Of a stretch of DNA of 64,000 nt, positions 39,865-52,963 are shown one piece after another. Every line of letters starts with the position of its first letter. Position 1 is the stretch's first letter. The stretch comes from Narcine bancroftii (Eukaryota). The DNA is taken from NCBI RefSeq assembly GCF_036971445.1, contig NC_091469.1, positions 157,418,001-157,482,000 of the forward strand, written 5' to 3'. The position numbers were made by a program, and so were the translations under genes. The notes beneath the pieces are model-generated. The model was not told where the DNA came from, did not search any database, and was given only the letters and a program-made list of their open reading frames with translations.

Positions 39865-42800
39865 TGTGTGGCTGGAGATGGAAGGGTTAAATGTTGGTGG
39901 AAAACATGTTTAGATATATATAAAACAACTATTGAGGACAGCTGAGTGTGGTGAAACCACTTATATATGTAAATACCCTTGACCTTATATGCTCAACCCT
40001 GCTCGCACTGGCCGGCTTGTGACTCCTTCCCTTTATTCCCCATAAAGGCTGTCATGCCACAGCCCTGCCCCCAGTTTGAGTCCGGGTCAGTGTGAGGCAC
40101 AAACTCAAGGGATGCTGTCCATCTCCAGCTAATAAAAGCCTTCAATTCCAGTACTTCAGTCTCTTGGTTAATTAACTGTGTATCAATTTTATTAGTTAGA
40201 TTTTTGCTTCTTCGGAACATGGACAAGTTTCTGAAACTTGATCGCCTAGAAATCAACCCACGAGAACCCAATGGCCAAGGGATTCGCTCTCTGGCATCGC
40301 TATTTCAAAAGATTCCTTGCACCCTCTGCAGGCACGATTTAGGATAAGTACCATCTACTGCTCTCATATATTGGGCATCAGGTCTACCAGATGGTCCGGG
40401 ACTGCTGAACCCATGGAGAAGCCATGGACATTCTAAAAGACCAGTATAAGGTCCAGGTGAATGAGGTCTATACGTGGCACGTGCTCCACTCACGCAGGCA
40501 GAGACCCAGAGAGACATTCAATGACTTTGTCAGGGCCCCACAAGAGCTTGTAAGGGACTGTAACTGCCAAGCTGGTGAGTACTGAGCAACATGCGCAGCT
40601 ACTGATGAGAGATGCCTGTGTGGCGGGCGCCTGCCCTGACTACGTGAGGTGAAGGCTGCTCAAACAGAAACAATTGAGCCTACCTCAAACCATTGAGCTG
40701 GTGAATACCCTAGAATGGGCCATCCACAACGCTGAATCATTCTCCAGCGAGCACGCGGCCACCTCATGGGGGACTCGGGCGTCACCATCTTGGGGAGGCG
40801 GGATCATAAACCTCCCACTCTGACCTGACATCCACCGCTATCAGTGACCTCCCGATGTGCTATTTCTGCAGGCAGGGCAAGCACCCGAGGAAACGTTGCC
40901 CTGCCAAAGACGCCACCTGCGCCAATTGCGGGTAAAAGGGACACTTTACGAAGGTATGTAAGTCAAAGCAGAGCCCTTAACCCAGCAGCGCCGCATGCGA
41001 ACAGGGACCACCACCTCTGGGGAACAGGGATGCCCACGGAAGTGTGCTACAGAGACCAAGAACTGCTATGGTGTCACTTCCGTCTTCTCCCACGTCACTT
41101 CCAGTAATGACGCCACGTCACTTTCTCCTTCTCTTCTGGTGAGTGACGATGGAGCCACTTGCGAGCCATGGGGGCTGCCATCACAACCGCCATCTTGTCA
41201 GACGATTGGAAGACAATGGAACCCCTTGGACAACGAGATGACGCTGGCATAAGTAACCCTGGATCAATGCCGACCACATCAACTCTCCATGGCCATGATG
41301 AGCATCCAGGTAAAAAGCCACCCCATCTTGTGCCTATTTGACAGTGGAAGGACTGAGAGCTTCATTCACCCTTACACAGCATGGCAGTACTCCATGGACA
41401 TGCAGCCCATAAAATTCAGCGTCTCCCTAGCCTCACAGGCCAAATCGGCAAAGGTTCGAGAGGGAGCTGCACAGTAACCCTGATGGTCCAAGGCATTGTA
41501 TACACCAACTTTACGCGACTTGTCCTGCCACAGCTTTGTGCGCCCGTCATCCCGGGGTTGGACTTCCAATGTAACTTAAAGAATGTCACTATAGAGTATG
41601 ACGGGCCCCACCCTCCCCTCACGGCCTGTAATGAGCAATTCATGAACTAGGCGCTGCCCCCCTTCTCACAATGCTGACCAGCAGCCCCAGGCCATGCCAC
41701 CATGCTCTGGATCCACCCCTCCCCCTACTCCTGTTCACCAATCTCACCCCTGATGGTAAGCCTATTGGCAATACAGCGCCGAGGACAGGGCACTCATTAG
41801 GTCAGACACCTCCTCACTGAAGGGGTGATAGAACAAAGTACAAGCACCTGAAGAGCCCAAGTGGTAGTAGTCAAGAGCGGGGAGAAACACCAGGTAGTCA
41901 TAGATTACTTCCAGACCATCAACAGGTTCACACAGCTAGACACCTACCCTTTACCTGGCTTTGCTGACATGATGAATCAGATCACACAATACAGGGTCTT
42001 TTCCACCATCAACCTCAAGTCGGCATACCACCAACTCCACATTTGCCCTGAGGACCGCCAGTACACCACCTTTGAGGCGGATGGCTGACTGTACTATTTT
42101 CCTAGAGTCCCTTTTGGGGTCACAAATGGAGTGTCTGTCTTCCAAGGGAGATGGATCAGATGGTGGATGAACATGGGATGTGGGCCACCTTCCCATACCT
42201 TGACAACATGACTATCTGCAGCCATGACCAGCAGGTCACAACAGGAACCTCCAGAAATTCCTACACACCGTGAAGTGCCTTAACCTGACATATAATACAG
42301 GGAAGTGTGTCTTCAGCACATATCGCCTGACCATACTAGGCTGCGTGGTGAATAATGGAGTCATCACCCCCGCCCCTGACTGCATGTGCCCATTATTAGA
42401 ACTCCCCCTCCCGCACTGCCTCAAGGCCCTGAAAAGGTGCCTGGGCTTTTTCTCTTACTATTCTCATTTGGTCCCCAACTACACAGAGAAGGCCAGTCCC
42501 CTCAACAAAGCCACCATTTTCCCCCACGGCAGAAGTCCGCGAGGCATTTGACTGAATCACAGCCAACTTTTCTCTGGCCGCCACACTACACCAGGTGGGC
42601 AGGCCTGTTGCATTTTTTTTCACACACCCTCCAGGGCCCTGAGATCTTGGCACTCTTCCATCGAGAAAGAGGCACAGGCAATCGTTGAAGCAAAAAGGCA
42701 CTGGAGGCATTACCTTGCCGGAAAGCATTTTACCCTCCTGACTGACCAACAGGCAGCCGCCTTCATGTTTAACAACCAGCAGTGGGGTAAAGCAATAAAA

Positions 42801-44060
42801 TCCTGAGGTGGAGAATCGAGCTCTCCACCTACAATTATGACATATTGTACCAGCCTGGAAAGCTCAACGAGCCTCCTGTCGCCCTGTCTCGGGAGAAATG
42901 TGCCAGTGCGCAGACATTTCGGCTGCAGTCGCTGCACGATGGCCTCTGCCACCCCGGGACCACCCGCTTTTTTTTCATTTCATTACCTCCCCTGCTCCAT
43001 TCACCACGTCCCAGGATGCTGACCAAAAATTGCTGGGTTGTGTTTCCACCAGCCTGACAAGTCACACCTGATCACATGCCCCTTTAAACGTCTAAGTGTA
43101 GACTTCAAGGGTCCCCTATCCTCCATGAACCACACTTCATCACCATCATCGATGAGTACTCGCGGTTCCCCTTCACCATCGCTGCCCAGACATGACCACA
43201 GCCACCGTCATAAAGGCTCTGAGCAACCTGTTTACCATTTTCAGATACCCCTGCTACGTCCACAATGTTAGAGATTCATCCTTCATGAGCAACGAGCTGC
43301 ACCAATTCCTACAGTCTAATGGCATTACCTCTAGTGGGACCACCAGGAATGGCCAGGTGGAGCTGGTGAACGGTCTGGAAGTCAGACCTTAAAGTCCAAG
43401 GGCCTTCCCATCTCCACGCTATCTGGTCCCTCCTGTGTACAGCCACCAATGTGACACCTCATGAGAGACTCGTTACATTCCCCAGGAGATTGGGATCAGA
43501 AATGACCCTACTTACCTGGCTGATGTCCCCAGGACCAGCACTCCTGCAAAAACATGTAAGGACCCATAAGTCTAACCCAAATTGAGAGGATCCAGCTGCT
43601 CCACGCCAACCCACAGTGCGCCTAAGTGGCATTCCCAGATGGATGTGAGGACACAGTATTCATCCGGGATCTGGCACGTGCGGGAGGATCTGGACCCCCC
43701 CCCCCCCCCCACCTCTAGCCAACAGTCGGGTACCCCTCTCCCAGCTCTCCAGGGCTTCAGATTCCCACACCCACCCCCTCGACCTACCAGCCACCTAGTA
43801 CACTTGCATCCACACCCCCCACCCCCTCAGCTCAGCCAAACACCCCGGCCAAGCTGACTGAGAACGAACAGTCACAACCGATGGGGGGCACCACACCACC
43901 GGAGATGCACCGGTCAAAGGAAGCCACCGGACGGACTGAACATATGAGGGCACCTGACTGGACCACAACAAACCCCCCAACCCCGGGAATTCTTTTTAAA
44001 AAGAGGGGGTGAATGTGCTGGAAGGTAAATAACTTTGACCTTATATGTTCGACCCTGCTG
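39865..44060 (+). mobile_element. Decayed Gypsy LTR retrotransposon (element A)
   Basis: 5' LTR about 39865-40185; gag from 40219; protease LFDSG; RT YPLP..LKSAYHQ; RNaseH and integrase (DFKGP); PPT aagagggggtgaa; truncated 3' LTR from 44014. Confidence 0.88.
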
Positions 44061-44092
44061 GTGTGTTGAAGAATAATTGGGAAGGAAGGAAT

Positions 44093-44123
<31 letters not shown>

Positions 44124-44369
44124 TGAGGATAGTGAATTCCTCTAATGCAGACTTCCGAACACAGCAGCAAGCAGTGGTGGAGAGAAGGAGGTGAAGAGCC
44201 TCAAGCCCGAAACGTCGGTTATGGATTTCTATTGTTGCTATATAAATTGGACTGTTTGACCGGCTGAGTTTCTCCAGCATTGAGTTTAACTTAAAATCAA
44301 TGCAAGTGACTTTAGATCAGTCAGGACAACTGACGCCATGTTGGGAAGCTCTCAATTTAATTTAGTTTA

Positions 44370-44600
44370 AATTAATTTAGACGTACAACAGGACCTTTCA
44401 GCCCACAGGCCAGTGCGCCCAATTACACCCAATTAACCGGCATCTCCAAGATTGTTGTGAAGACTGGAAGTAAACTCGAGCCTCCGGAGAAACCCCACGC
44501 AGACACGGGGATAACGCACAAACCTCTTACAGAGAGTGCGAGGTTTTAACCCAGTCCCGAGCACTGACACTGTGACAGCGTAGCACTAACCTTGCCACCC
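44370..44600 (-). mobile_element. V-SINE-like element
   Basis: Reverse complement of the SINE core (aaaccccacgcagacacgggga). Confidence 0.7.
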
Positions 44601-44989
44601 TTACTGAAGGCAGATGGGAGTCTGTGCAAACTGAGAAACTGTGATCGATGGATATTTCCACGGGTTGATATATTTGTGCTGGGGACCAGGAGAGTGACAG
44701 GAGTTTTAAAGGCTATCAGCCATGATCCAGGTGATATGGTGGAACGGGGTTGAGGGGCTGAAGGTCATCCAGTGCCTATCTCCCTCTGTGAAATGTAATA
44801 AAGCCATCAAACCCAGGAACATTCCCACCAAATGCTACGCAGTGCACCGTTTCAATTTACATTTAGACATACAGCACGGTAACCGGCCATTTTGGCCTAT
44901 GAGCCCATTCTGCCTAATTACACCCCATTGACCTACAACCTCCCCTCCCGGTACATCTTTGAACAATGGGAGTTTACTTAGAGACTCAC

Positions 44990-45352
44990 CTTTTTTCACA
45001 AAGCAGAGAGCAAAACCAGCCAAAAGCAGGATAACAGCTGCACTGGATATTCCAATAGAGAGAGCCAGCTTGAATGCATTAATTCCCCCCGTGGGTGAGA
45101 GGAACTCGCGGCTGTCTCTCCCATATTGGTTCTTGGCCACACAGTGGTAGCTCCCTGTCAGGCTGGGTTGAAGCAGCTCTACCGTGATTTGATCTCTCTC
45201 TGGACCTCGTCTGACTCTCGTCCCGCTGCTGTTCATGGCCAGCGTGTTGTTCCCAGGGCTGATCCACGTGATGTCTACAGGAGGCACCCCTTCAGCTGTG
45301 CACGAGAGTGTGTCTCCAGCCACAATTCGCAGCTGCAGGATGGCCGCTGGGA
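44990..45352 (-). CDS. Siglec-15-like receptor, exon encoding C2-set Ig domain plus transmembrane helix
   Basis: Acceptor tttcctctccaag|TC, donor AAAG|gtgagt, phase 1/1. Contains LSCTAEGVPPVDITW..GSYHCVAKNQYG, then hydrophobic LALSIGISSAAVILLLAGFALCFV and a KK stop-transfer. Confidence 0.92.
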
Positions 45353-45804
45353 CTTGGAGAGGAAAGAAAGTCGAGTTAATCTCCACTGGACGGGGTGTGG
45401 CGAAGGAATCCGCGTGAGGTGACGCGCAGGAGATTGGAGGAAAATATTCAACGAGGAAACGGGCCATTGTGATTGCTCTCGCGTTGGTGTGGATGCTGGA
45501 GACAGGATTCAACGTCCCCAGTCGGCGTATGCATCTTCACAACACAGGGTCTGGAAATTTAGCAGCTCAGTGGGATCCTGAACCTCCAACCTTGTCACTG
45601 GAAGTGTCAGCTGATCAGGGTCAGAATTGGCAGAGGAGATAGGGGCAGCGTTGAGTAAGGAAGTTGAGCCCAAAAGCAAGAAAGGGACCCTCAAAGGATC
45701 GGGCCAATCTGGCTCCAGCTCCTCAGCAGGAGCTCCTGAACCTCCTATTCATGTTCAATGTGTTTTTATTGTTAACACAACAATATTGACAGATTTTTCC
45801 TTAC

Positions 45805-46170
45805 CCACAACCTCCAGCTTTATTTCATCCTGAATCACTAGTTTCGGTCCTTCATTCCAGATCCAAATGTGACTGAAGTAGAAGCTGGTGTCGTTCAGTC
45901 TGAGGTCCGTCACCCTGATGGAGGCGTTTCCTTGCTCTGGCCTTCCCACCAGCTCGTATTGACCTCCTTTATTTACAGTGACATTGCAGGGAAGGGCCGC
46001 AGAGAAGGAACAGGTGCAATTAAAGACAGTAAACTCTTCCTGTAGATTCCCCTTCGTCCAGACGATAATGATGGAGCTGCCATTCTTTCTCTTGGGTTTG
46101 TAAGTCAATGGCAGCAATATGGCAGAACCACCCCTTTTCCCAATCACTGGTGAGGCTCCGGTGCCAGGAT
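45805..46170 (-). CDS. Siglec-15-like receptor, exon encoding atypical V-set Ig domain 2
   Basis: Acceptor ttctccttccaag|AT, donor GTGG|gtaagg, phase 1/1, 366 nt, open. V-set pattern GGSAILLPLTY..IVW..GQYELVGRPEQGNASIRVTDLRLNDTSFYFS; the canonical Cys pair is absent. Confidence 0.85.
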
Positions 46171-46339
46171 CTTGGAAGGAGAAAGATTTTAAAGCATAAA
46201 TATTATTTATTTGTTGCATAGATTTGTTGTATTTTCTTTATCAATACTTCATCCAAGACCCTGATTTTGATTTGGAGCAGCAGCAAACCCATACGGCCCG
46301 TTTCAACCTCCTACCCAAGATCCGCAAACCTAATTGTCC

Positions 46340-48300
46340 CAGCAGATCCATTGTATCCTCCTGCTCTTAACCCTCTGAACTGGTGTCCTCATACCTCGAC
46401 TCCACTTTGTCCACCTTGGTCTAGTCCCTCCCCACTAACATCTACGACACTTAACACGCCCTCCATCACTTCAACAACTTCCATTTTCCTGAACTCAGTC
46501 TTATTATCCTTACTGTGGATATCCAGTCACTATACCCCTCCATCCCCCATACCAAAGGTTGCAAAGTTCTTTGTTCCATTCTCAACAAACCAGTCCCAAC
46601 CAGTCCCCCTCCACCACTGCCCTCCTCCGGCTGGTAGAATCTCTCTTCACCTTCAATAACTTCTCCTTTGACTCATCCCACTTTCTCCAAGTCAAAGGGG
46701 TAGCTTTGGGTATCCTCAAGGGACCCAGCTAGGCCTACCTTTTTGCTGGCTATGTGGAGCAATCCATGCTATAAGCCTAAACAGGCAAGGCCCCACCACT
46801 CTTCTTCTGCTACATCAACAACTACTTTGGTGCTGCCTCATGTACACATGATGAGTTTGTCAACCTTATCCACTTTGCTGCCAACTTCCACCCTGACCTC
46901 AAATTCACTTGGTCCATCTCTAGCAACACTCTCCCTTTCCTCGATCTCTCTGTCTCCATCTCGGGAGACAAACTCTCGACATATACCTACTATAAACCTA
47001 CCAGCTCCCACAACTACCTCGACCTCACCTCTTCACACCCTGTCCACTGTAAGGATTCTATTCCTTTCCCTCAATTCCTCCATCTCCGTCGCATCTGCTT
47101 CCAGGATGGTCTTTTGTATGAGATCATCAGAGATGACTTCCTTCTTCATACAAAGGGGTTGCCTTGGGTACCCACCACCACCAATAACTCGGTGCTCAGC
47201 CCCATATCCTCCGCTGCTCATGCATCTTCCCTGGCCCCCTCCGCACCTGTACCAGCACTGATTTACCACAGCGTACAAAACAAATGAAGAATGCACTCAC
47301 TCGTTTCTTCCAGCACACCATGAAGTCAACTTTCTTTAATTATCCACTAGACACAACATTGCATTCTTCAACTCCTCAAACCCTACCCAACTAAACCTCT
47401 CTGACCTTCACTGCCACACGGATGATGCTGGCACTCTCACTCCCCTCCTCCTGCATCTGAGATTCACCACCCATATACTGATGCTCAACACACATGCGCG
47501 CTATTACTCCCCATGCATCGCATCGCTTATGTCATCAGCAATGACTAGCACTGCTCCCATTGAAGATAAGTATGTGACTGCCACACCTTTACATTTAACA
47601 AGGAGAGGATTCCACTTGTCCTCACCTACCTCGTATTCAGCATATCATTCTCTGCCATTTCTGCCACCTCCTACCTGATCCCACCACAAGTCACTCCTTC
47701 CCTCTCCAGCTTTTGGAGTGACCACTCCATCCACCACACACTCGTCAGCTCCTCCATTCCCACCAATCTCCTCCTTGGCACCTACTCCTGTGACCGCAGG
47801 AGATGCTCCACTTGCGTCCACACCTCCTCCTTCACCACCAATCAGAGCCCCAAACAGCCCTTCCAAGTGAAACAACATCTCTCTTGTGAATCTGCAGGGG
47901 TCATCTACTGCATCCAATTCTCCCGCTGTGGTCTCCTCGACATCGGAGAGACTGAACGCCGACTGGGAGATATTGCTTCGCTGATAGTGTGGATCTCCCA
48001 GTGGCCATCCATTTAACTTCCCAACCCCACTCCCTTGCTGACATGTCTGTCCATGGTCTCATGAATTGCCAGATTGAGACCACCCACAAATTGAAGGAAC
48101 AACACCTCATATTCTATCTTGGCACCCCCCAACTGCTTGGCATTAATATCAACTTCTCCAGTTTCCCCTGGCCACGGCACCCCACCCATGTCTCCTTTCT
48201 TGTTGCGCGCTCTCTCACTCTCTCTCACTCTCTCTCCTTCAGTTCAGCTCTGCATTCACTGAACCAAACCCTCCCCCTATCAATTCTCACCTTTCCTATC
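46340..48300 (+). mobile_element. Decayed Penelope-like element (RT + GIY-YIG)
   Basis: DIQSLY.SIP, QVKGVA.G and YI(D)D-region remnants; GVIYCI..CGLL.IGET near 47900-47950. Confidence 0.82.
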
Positions 48301-48619
48301 TGGTCTTCCTATACATATCTCTGGTTCCCTCCCACCCTCCTAAAACATGGGGTCTGTAGGTTAATTGGTGCCTTTGCGTGGCATGAGCTCATGGGCAGGA
48401 AGGGCAGTATCTCTAAATATAATTATTTTATTTTAAATTTTAAAATATCAACCTCCAATTTGCAGAAATGCCCTTCCTCTGTCTTCCTGCTCTCTCTCAT
48501 CCCTCAGTCGTGCCCACAAAAATCACATCAACATGATGGAGTCATTAAACACCTTTAATGACCAAAAGCTTGAGCATTTCTGATACGCTACCTGGCCAGG
48601 TTCCAGGTACAGGAGCAAG

Positions 48620-49020
48620 AGGGGGCAAATCCGTGCATGCCTGTCTTTACTGGGAAATCCAGGGAGGAACCAGGGGAAGGGTTAGGGAAGGTCAGGGAGG
48701 TTTGTATTGGCCAGTCCATACATCTATGCAAATGCCTTTCACTGCACCCTCTGCTTCCCTTCCTCCAGCCCCTCCTATCTCCTATCAGGGAGCAGCATTC
48801 TGCCACCCTCTCCCCATCACCTTTCAGCTCCTTTATCTTCTTCTCCCTCCCGCCTGCCTCCAGCCTGCCAGCCCCCCTTCCCCACCACCTCCTTTTCCGG
48901 CACACCTGAAGAAGGGCTCGGGCACGAAACATCGGCAGCTGATTGCTTTCCACGGACCTCGTCACTTCCTCCTCCACTTTTGCGCATTGTACAGCCCGAT
49001 TTTCTCCTGTGTTTTCTGTT
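48620..49020 (+). mobile_element. Penelope-type terminal repeat with hammerhead-like core
   Basis: Pyrimidine-rich tract followed by CTGAAGA-agggctcgggcac-GAAAC at 48906-48930. Confidence 0.55.
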
Positions 49021-49356
49021 TTTATGGCCACATGGTTGCCCTTATTTTAGACTCAATAATTTCATTCATGAGCCCCAGGAACTCTCACCCTACTAAACCA
49101 GCCTCGGAATATACTGCGCCCTTGTCATGTGAAATAAACAAAAAAGCTGTAGATTCTGGACACTGAAATGACAGGAGTTGGGGCAACTCGGTGGGCCATG
49201 CAGCATCCGCTCATTGAAATGTCTGGTCAATGTTTTGGTTGGAAACCTTTGTCCAGATTGGTCCCAAATCCAGGAATGCCACCGGCATAAGCTTTTGATG
49301 AAACCATTTGGTTGATGGATAAGGAGGGAAACTGGAGAGAAAAAAAAAGCTGTTGG

Positions 49357-49471
49357 AAATGCCCAGCAGATCATGTGGTGTCCGTGGAGAGCAGAGTCAG
49401 TATCGCAGATGGGTCACTTCCAGTAAAACTGTCCTGCTCTTCACGGACACCACATGATCTGCTGGGCATTT
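49357..49471. repeat. 38-bp inverted repeat (37/38 match), 39-nt loop
   Basis: Arms at 49357-49394 and 49434-49471. Confidence 0.9.
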
Positions 49472-49712
49472 TGGGCAGCACAGTCGGTGCCACGCTGTTA
49501 CAGCGCCAGTGGCCGGTACGGGGGTGCGAATTCCGCGCTGTCTGCAAGGAGTTTGTAGGTTCTCTTCGTGTCTGCATGGGTTTCCTCTGGAGGCTCTGTT
49601 TGCCTCCCACCCTTCAAAACCATAGTGAGGGTTGTGGGTCATTTGTGTGTAATTGGGCTTTTGGGCCAAAAGGGCCTGTTACCGTGCTGCATGTCTTAAA
49701 TTTTAAATTCTA
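49472..49712 (+). mobile_element. V-SINE-like element
   Basis: ctgttacagcgccag..gctgtctgcaaggagtttgta core shared with the copy at 34183. Confidence 0.7.
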
Positions 49713-50324
49713 ATGAAGTAGGGAAAGCGGGTTAGGTGGTCAGCATGGCTTTATTGAGGAGCAGGCTGTGCATCTCTAGCCCAAATGAGTTTTTCGAGGA
49801 GGTGACAAACAAATTGAAGTTAGGGCAGTAGACGTGGATTTTGATGAGGTGCTTGATGAGGTCCCCCATTCAGTAAGTCATAAGGCATGGTATCCAAGGA
49901 ACTTTGTCTGTTTTGGTTCAGAATTGTCTTGCCTGCAAATAGCAAAGGGTGGTAATAGATGGATTATACTCTGCCTGGAAGTCCATGATTAGTGGCTTTC
50001 GGGAGGGATCTCTTGTGGGACCTTTTATCTTTGATGAATGAATTGGTGGAAAATGTAGAGAGGCAGGTCAGTAAATTTGCAGATGTGAATAGCATAGAAC
50101 ATTGTCATAGGTTACAATGGGATATAGATTGAATGTTGAAGTTTTACAGACTGCACTTGGGGTACTGTGAACACTTTTGGGCTCCTTATCTAAGGGTGTG
50201 TTGGCATTGCAGACAGTCCAGATGAGGTTGACGAGAATGATCCCTGGAATGAAAGGGTTTTCTTATGAGGACTGTACCTATTGGACCTTAGAAGAATGGG
50301 TGGGGATCTCTGAAACCTATCTAA

Positions 50325-50709
50325 AGGCACTTTCAGGTGGTCAATTGCCCCGCATGTAAAGCCGCAGGTTTAGGCAACATGCGGCTGTTTTGAGGCCACT
50401 TGATTGTGCAGAAGGAGCTCTTGAGGCGAGCTACATAACCCTCCTCCGAGAGGGATAATCAGCTCAGCTCAGTGGTTCCCCCAGCCACCTGAATGCAGCT
50501 GGCTGAAAGTGGATGTTAAAACGATCAAGCTGCTGATCACAGCTGACACTGGGCAGGAGCCCGAGTGCGCTCAGAGCCACGTCCTGTGCAGCCGTGTCCT
50601 TCAGGTGGCCAGCGTTGCGCTTTAAACGCTGCCACCTGAATGGCAATTTAAAGGGCTGCTTCTGCTTCTTCAGGCACATTCTTAGCGTAGAATACACCTG
50701 AAAAAGCCT
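50325..50709. mobile_element. Probable MITE inside a decayed CR1
   Basis: 15-bp imperfect TIR AGGCACTTTCAGGTG / CACCTGAAAAAGCCT with TAA-like flanks; superfamily uncertain. Confidence 0.55.
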
Positions 50710-52963
50710 AAAGGCTCATTTAGGTAGTAAAAAGGGATTGAATGCAAGGAGGCCTTGCTGTGTGGTTACAGAATGCAGAGGTTGGTTGTCAATGGAGGTG
50801 AATGGTGTTCCACAGGGATCTCATCTCACCTGGGACCCCTCCTGTATGTGTTTTTTATAAATGTCCTGGATGCGATGATCCTAACCCGAAACTAAGCTAC
50901 TCCATCACCACCAAAAGATCTGCCTGTAGTAATGAAAAACCACCATTTACTCACACGAAATGCAATGTGAACACTGTGGAGTGTTTCCAGCACTTTTGTG
51001 TATTTGCACGGCCAATCAACTACCTTCAATTTCATGTAAGTTATTTGTTTGTAGGACACACAAAGACACAATGCTAATCCCTTCAGATTTCTCTTCAGAA
51101 AACACCCCTTAACCACGACCCTCAGACTTCCATCATCAAGCAAATTTTGGATTGTTTGCCAACAATCACGTGCTTGTACCTTCGACATCTGCCTATCACT
51201 TGGGATTTTGTCAAAGGTCCATGTGAACCATGACCACCATGCCGTCCCAATTGATTTCCAGAGTTAACTCTTAACAACTTTTTCCCCCAAGCCACCAGGC
51301 TCTTGAATTCCCAGAACATATGTAGTACCATGGACTTTTACTGTATATGTCTTAATATTTTAATATTTCATTGTGTTTAACTTCTATTCTAATTTACATT
51401 TATTTATATCTACTCCGTGGCCCTGGAGAAACGCTAGCTGTCTTCACTAAAGAAGCATGGGATGAGTGTCAAATAAAGGTGACTTGACTGGACTTGAAAA
51501 ACTAATTTGTGAGGTAGTATTTTCCCTGCAGAAGAACATTGTGACTTCATCTAATTAGTCCCTACATTTCCAAGAGAGCAGAAATCCTGTCTCAGTGCTT
51601 TTTCCAACAATTTCCCTGTCATTGATAGAGCTCCCTGGGCTCTACTTCCTGGCCTATCCTTTCTGATCTGTGGTTCACACCAATCCAAAACATGTCTATT
51701 TGAGCCCCACCAATCTCCTCCCTTCCTTCTCATAGCACTGTGGGATAGATCCTCTCAATCCCTGGGGATTTATCCATCTTGATGCCAATATGTCCGATAA
51801 TACTTCCTCGACCAGATGTGTTCCAGAGTATCAGCGTACCCCTCCTTGAACTTTCCATCCTACATGTCCTTCCTGGTGAATGCCGCGATCCTGTTCATGT
51901 TCCCTGGTTGATATCCACTTTCAGGACTAACGCATTCCCCCGTAACCTCTTCCTTTGAATGGACTAATAGAGAATTTTTGGATTCTCCTCCATCCTATTT
52001 ATCAGGGGCTCTGTTGCTCTCTTTTTGTCCTCATAACGTGGCAAAGAAAAAGACCCTTTGGCCCCAGTTCCTTCTGCACATCCTGGTCAAATGCACACGA
52101 TAGATATTCCTCTATTCCTCATAACCAAGCATATCGTGCAGTCTCTTAAATGCTGCTCTCATATCTGCTTCTTCCATTTTCCCCGGCAGTCCATTCCAGG
52201 AACCAAGCACTGGGTAAAAATACCTCGCACTGCACATCTCCTTTAAACCCCCTCCCCTCACCTCCAAATGCATAATTGGACACGGTTACACCGGGAGAAA
52301 GGTTCTATCTACCTGATCTGTGCCTCTTCTAATTATATAAACATTTATCAGAGCATCTCTCAACATCTGACACTCCAGAGAAAACCGCCTGTTTGTCCAA
52401 TCTGTTCCCATCCCCCCGATCCAGGTTGCACTCTGGTAAAGGAGTGAAACACGCAAGTCTGCAGACGCTGCGCTTGTAGTGAAAATACACATAAATTCTG
52501 GAGGATGTCCTGTAGATCCTTCGTGACCGGCCGAGTTCCTCCAACGTTCTGTGTTAGCACTCTGGTAAATCTCCTCTGCACCCTTTCGAAAGCCATCCCA
52601 TCCTTCCTGCAGTTGGCGAACGGAATTTCATGCAATTCTCAAAACGCAGCCTCACCAAATGTTATATTGTTGCAACATGACTTGCATCCAAACCAAGACT
52701 TTTATTAGCAAAAGACAGGAGCTCTTCACAGATGGCCGACCAGTCCGGAATGATCCGACCTGGCTAGGGACACAACCCTTTAAGGCCCAGACAATAGTCG
52801 TGGCTTAGCTCTCAGCCAATCGCTGTAAGCACAGTCTAGATACTGTAACTATATACACTATATACATTGGTGATAGATCTGTACTATCACATTCACCCCT
52901 TCTTGGAGAATTGGCCCTGGGAAAAAAAAACAAAAACGAGGGAGAATGAAAGGAAGGGGTAGG

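Noticed and set aside
44990-45070. Calling the gene the SIGLEC15 ortholog with a DAP12-binding Lys
   Set aside because: The Lys is at the TM edge, and the domain count and tail differ; orthology needs synteny and phylogeny.
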